The notes under the pieces were generated by a model that did not search any database, was not told the origin of the DNA, and saw only the letters and a program-made list of their open reading frames with translations. DNA of 64,000 bases from the human T2T-CHM13v2.0 reference genome, Homo sapiens. Both the position numbers and the translations under genes were made by a program. Below are positions 60,221-64,000 of this stretch, piece by piece. Location: the NCBI RefSeq assembly GCF_009914755.1, contig NC_060948.1; one strand, written 5' to 3'. Position 1 is the stretch's first letter, and the number at the start of each line of letters is the position of its first letter.

Positions 60221-60301
60221 GATGCCATGCCTTTCCAGACTGAACCAATGTACATTTTACATATACCGACTGATGTCTCATGTCTCCCTAAAATTTATAA
60301 A
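60221..60301 (+). mobile_element. MER4 fragment inside the HERV-IP10 integrase
   Basis: 72/81 identical to the reverse complement of 63249-63329. Confidence 0.85.
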
Positions 60302-60749
60302 CACTGTTACCATGAGAAAACACCTTTCAATTGATTTACTAAGAATCCAAATTGCCCTTGAAAAAATCCTGATCTCCAGGCTGCCTTATCTAAAATCCAC
60401 TACTGACCTTCCTACTTTTGAAACAAAATATCAATTTCTCAAAAACTATATGTTGGTCTGTCTTCCACCCTTTCTTCCCTCAGGACTCAAGGACTCCTAG
60501 CGCAAACTGCAATACTTGAATTCCTCACCAGACCAGAGATTATGTCCTTTTCAAAAGTTAGAAGGAGGAAAATCTTGAACCAACCTGGTAAGGACTTTAT
60601 CTAGTACTTCTAAATACTGAGACAGCAATCCAAATGGGCAAAAAGGGATGGACCTATCACACTTGAGTAAAAAATGCCCCACCCCTTGCACAGTCATGGA
60701 CCATAACTCCAGGATGAATGCCTCTAAACTAACATTCAAAAGGATTTAG

Positions 60750-62640
60750 TCTGTCTTTTTCTTCTTCCTTTAGCTACCCAAGGACATCTTATAATCAATA
60801 TAACTTGGTCACCCTCTTCTCAAACAATTACTTTTGATGCTTGTCTTGTCATGCCCTGTGGGGAACACCAGAGTCAAAAACAGCTAGCTTATTCAGAAAA
60901 GTACCTCTGCCCCTCCACCCCCATCAGACAGACCAGCAGCCCCAGTCCTTGCAATCAGTGACCACAAACCTTCTTGGGGTTATGTTATAGTTGGGGTGAT
61001 GTTATCTGGACCATCCAATATCAGGCTGGTCCTTTTCGGGGGACTGCACTACCCTAAAATCTTACATCCACTTTACCAAAGGAGACACACCCTCAAATTG
61101 CCAAAACCACCAGTGTGACCCAGTATTTCTCAGTATTCTTATTCCCACCTCAACCGACCCTAATACCACTTTAGAGTGCCTTTATAGACTAGAAGTAGAT
61201 GTCACTGTAAAAGACCCCACAGGTGCCTTTGAAATAAGCCTTATTCCTCTTCCTCCATCTCCCACCATTACTCCCTCCACAAACAAACAGAATCAAACAA
61301 TTTCTTCATTCATGCCAAATGACAAAACCAAAGTAGCTATATTAGAGAACAAGGGCTTAAAGTAAACCATAGAAATAGAAGCCGGGTATTGAGATGTAAA
61401 TGCCTGGCTGGAATAGATTAAATATTCCATTCACAATCTAAATAAAAGTGATTGTTACACTTGTGCAATGGGTAGGCCAGAAATCCAAATTGTTCCCTTT
61501 CCACTTGGATGGGCCGATCAACCAGGCATGAACTGTATGGTAGCTTCCTTCCAGCACTCCACAGCCTGGGGAAACAAGTCATGCACCACTCTTTCACTAC
61601 TTTTCTAAAAGGTTGTGAGCCCTATTGGACAACACCCAAGGGCCATTAGATTTCCAACTCTAGATGTCAATTTTATCTCGTGTCTCTCATGGCAAGGGAA
61701 AAATTTGACATTCCTTGGAAACCTAACTGGACGTAGTGGGCCTAAACATTTTCAAGAAGCTAACCAGTCTGTCGGCCTTAGTCCATCCCAAAGTGGATGC
61801 GTGATGTTATTGTGGGGGGGGGGCAATATTGAGTACACTGTCAAACAACTGGAGTGGCACTGGTATTGTAATCCAATTGGCCATTGCTTTCAACTTGGCA
61901 TTTCATCAAGAAGAGAGGAAGCAGCTAACCAGGAAAAAAAGAGAAGCCCCTCACATGTCCCTTAACCCATATGTTTACATAGACAGTATCAGGGTCCTGT
62001 GGTGGGTGTTAAATAAATTCAAACCTTGAAACCAAATGGCCACTGGTTTTGAGTCTGTCTTATTCTGGTGGTCCACTATAAACAATAATGTAAACTGGAT
62101 AAATTATATATACTACTGTCAACAACAATTCATCCATTATACCAGAGAAGCCATAAAGGAATAGTTAAACAATTAGGTCCTATGAGCCAAATGGCCTGAG
62201 AAAATAGAATAACCCTTGACATAATATTAGCCAAAAAGGGTGGAGTCTGTGTCATGATTAGGGTCCAGTGTTGTACATTCATCCCTAATAATACAGCTTC
62301 CAATGGGGCAACACAAAAACCTTACAATGCCTTATAACCCAAGCAAATGAATCAGCTGAAAACTATGGAATGGAGTACCCCTTTACAGGCCTGATAGAAA
62401 GGATGTTTGGAAAATGAAAGGGACTTATGACATCAATCATTACTTCCCTTGCAATTGTTACAGGTGCACTCATTCTTGTGGGCTACTGTATCATACATTG
62501 TATTTGTGAGTTAACAGAAAGGCTCACAAAAACCTCACCTACCTCTCCCACTTGTACACAGATAAGCTTTTGCTCCAAGATGATCAAGAAAAACAACAAA
62601 CCAAATCCTGTTAAAGAAATTTGAAGAGGAAGAATTATAA
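60750..62640 (+). pseudogene. env: HERV-IP10 #2 env, disrupted
   Basis: ENRITLDIILAKKGGVCVMIRVQCC (ISD plus CX6CC) near 62200-62275. Collinear with 21870-23830. Confidence 0.87.
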
Positions 62641-63119
62641 AACAGAAGAAGGGAAATTGTTGGGACAACTAAGTTCCTCTTCAAAGTCTCAGCTTTCTGG
62701 TCATAAATTGTAAACCAATCCTACCCCTCCTTTTCTTTCAAAAACCATGCATTTACCCTATTTGGAAAAGTTTAAGTCTTAGCCAATCAGGATCACCTTA
62801 GATTATGTGGTCCAACCCCAGCCAATAGGAGAAGGACACAGAAACAGAAACTGCATTACAAATAAAAAAACCCTTCTCTCCGTTGTTTGGTGTGCTTTTG
62901 CAATTGCATCAGGTGCAGACTTTAGAAGTAAAATTGCCTTGCTGAGAAATTTTCTTTCTAAGCATGGATTTCTTTTGGCTATGCTGAGCACTTGTTTTCA
63001 ACATACCAAAACCAAGATGGTGTTGACAATGACCTTGGGTCCTTCTCACTGCTACACTTCCAACAGTATCATGACAGTTTACAATGTCAATGTCATGGCA
63101 ATGTCAGAAATTTACTCTA

Positions 63120-63571
63120 TATCAAACCAGAAAATCTGAGACAGGTCTCAGTTAATTTAGAAAGTTTATATTGCCAAGGTTTTGCCTGTGACACAGCCTC
63201 AGGAAGTCCTGATGACATGTGCCCAAGGTAGCCAAAGGACAGCTTGATTTTATACATTTTAGGAAGACAGGAGATATCAGTCAGTACATGTAAAAAGTAC
63301 ATTGGTTCAGTCTGGAAAGGTGTGGCATCATGAAGCAAGGGCAGGAAGACTTCAAGCATGGAGGGAGCTTTCAGGTCTTGGATAGATGAGACAAAAACAA
63401 TTGCATTATTTTGACTTTCTCATTAGCTGTTCCAAAGGAGACAATCAGATATGTATCTGTCTTAGTGAACAGAATAACTTTAAATAGACTGAGATGTGGG
63501 TTTGCCCTAAGCAGTTTCCAGCTTGACTTTTTCTTAGTGATTTTGGGGGTCCAAGATAATTTCTTTTCACA
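63120..63571 (-). mobile_element. MER4 solo LTR
   Basis: Minus strand starts tgtgaaaagaaattatcttggaccccc. TSD tcta/ccta. Confidence 0.9.
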
Positions 63572-64000
63572 CCTACATGGTCTCAAAAGGGAAGGAATGA
63601 GTAATCCATCCCTTGTTTAGCATATCATCAAGAAATAATGATAAAAATGGGAAATCAGCAGGCCTTGGCACTGCTCTGTCTATGGAGTAGCCAATCTTTT
63701 ATTCTATTACTTTCTTAATAAACTTACTTTGCTTTGCACAATGGATTCACCCTGAATTCTTTATTGTACAAGATCCAAGAACCCTCCTTTGGGGCCTTGA
63801 TTACTACACCTTTCCTTTAACAAAATGAATGAAGTTGAGCCATGGCAAAGACTGTCTACTTTCTGTTCTTCCTCAATACATAGTGATACCATTGATTTAC
63901 CATTATGAAACCAAATAATTCAATACAACTCTCTGATGATTATTTTTGACTCAGTCACATTTTTATGAAGTCTAAAAATTAAAAGCAGACAAAAGGCAAA

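Overview
Primate (human-like) genomic DNA, by my annotation roughly 85% transposable-element derived. I find no intact cellular gene, RNA gene, CRISPR array or prokaryotic system. It is a layered retroelement graveyard. It holds two HERV-IP10/LTR10 proviruses, one hosting a near-full-length HERV9/LTR12 provirus and the other a full-length L1PA. It also holds a second full-length L1PA, the 5' end of a third L1 abutting the leader of another HERV9, solo LTRs (LTR12, MER50, MER41A/B, MER4, MER11, LTR6, LTR14B, THE1, MLT), one MER82 DNA transposon and about 20 Alus. All retroviral and L1 genes are broken. The least-explained signals are: (i) a cluster of DNA-repair-like scars, namely two inverted copies of nearby LTR sequence pasted into other elements plus fold-back hairpins and iterative repeats at indel junctions; (ii) tRNA-Pro primer sites on both LTR12 proviruses; (iii) a triplicated PPT/LTR junction. 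Repeat family names come from recalled consensus sequences and need RepeatMasker/Dfam confirmation. I do not see a new biological system here.
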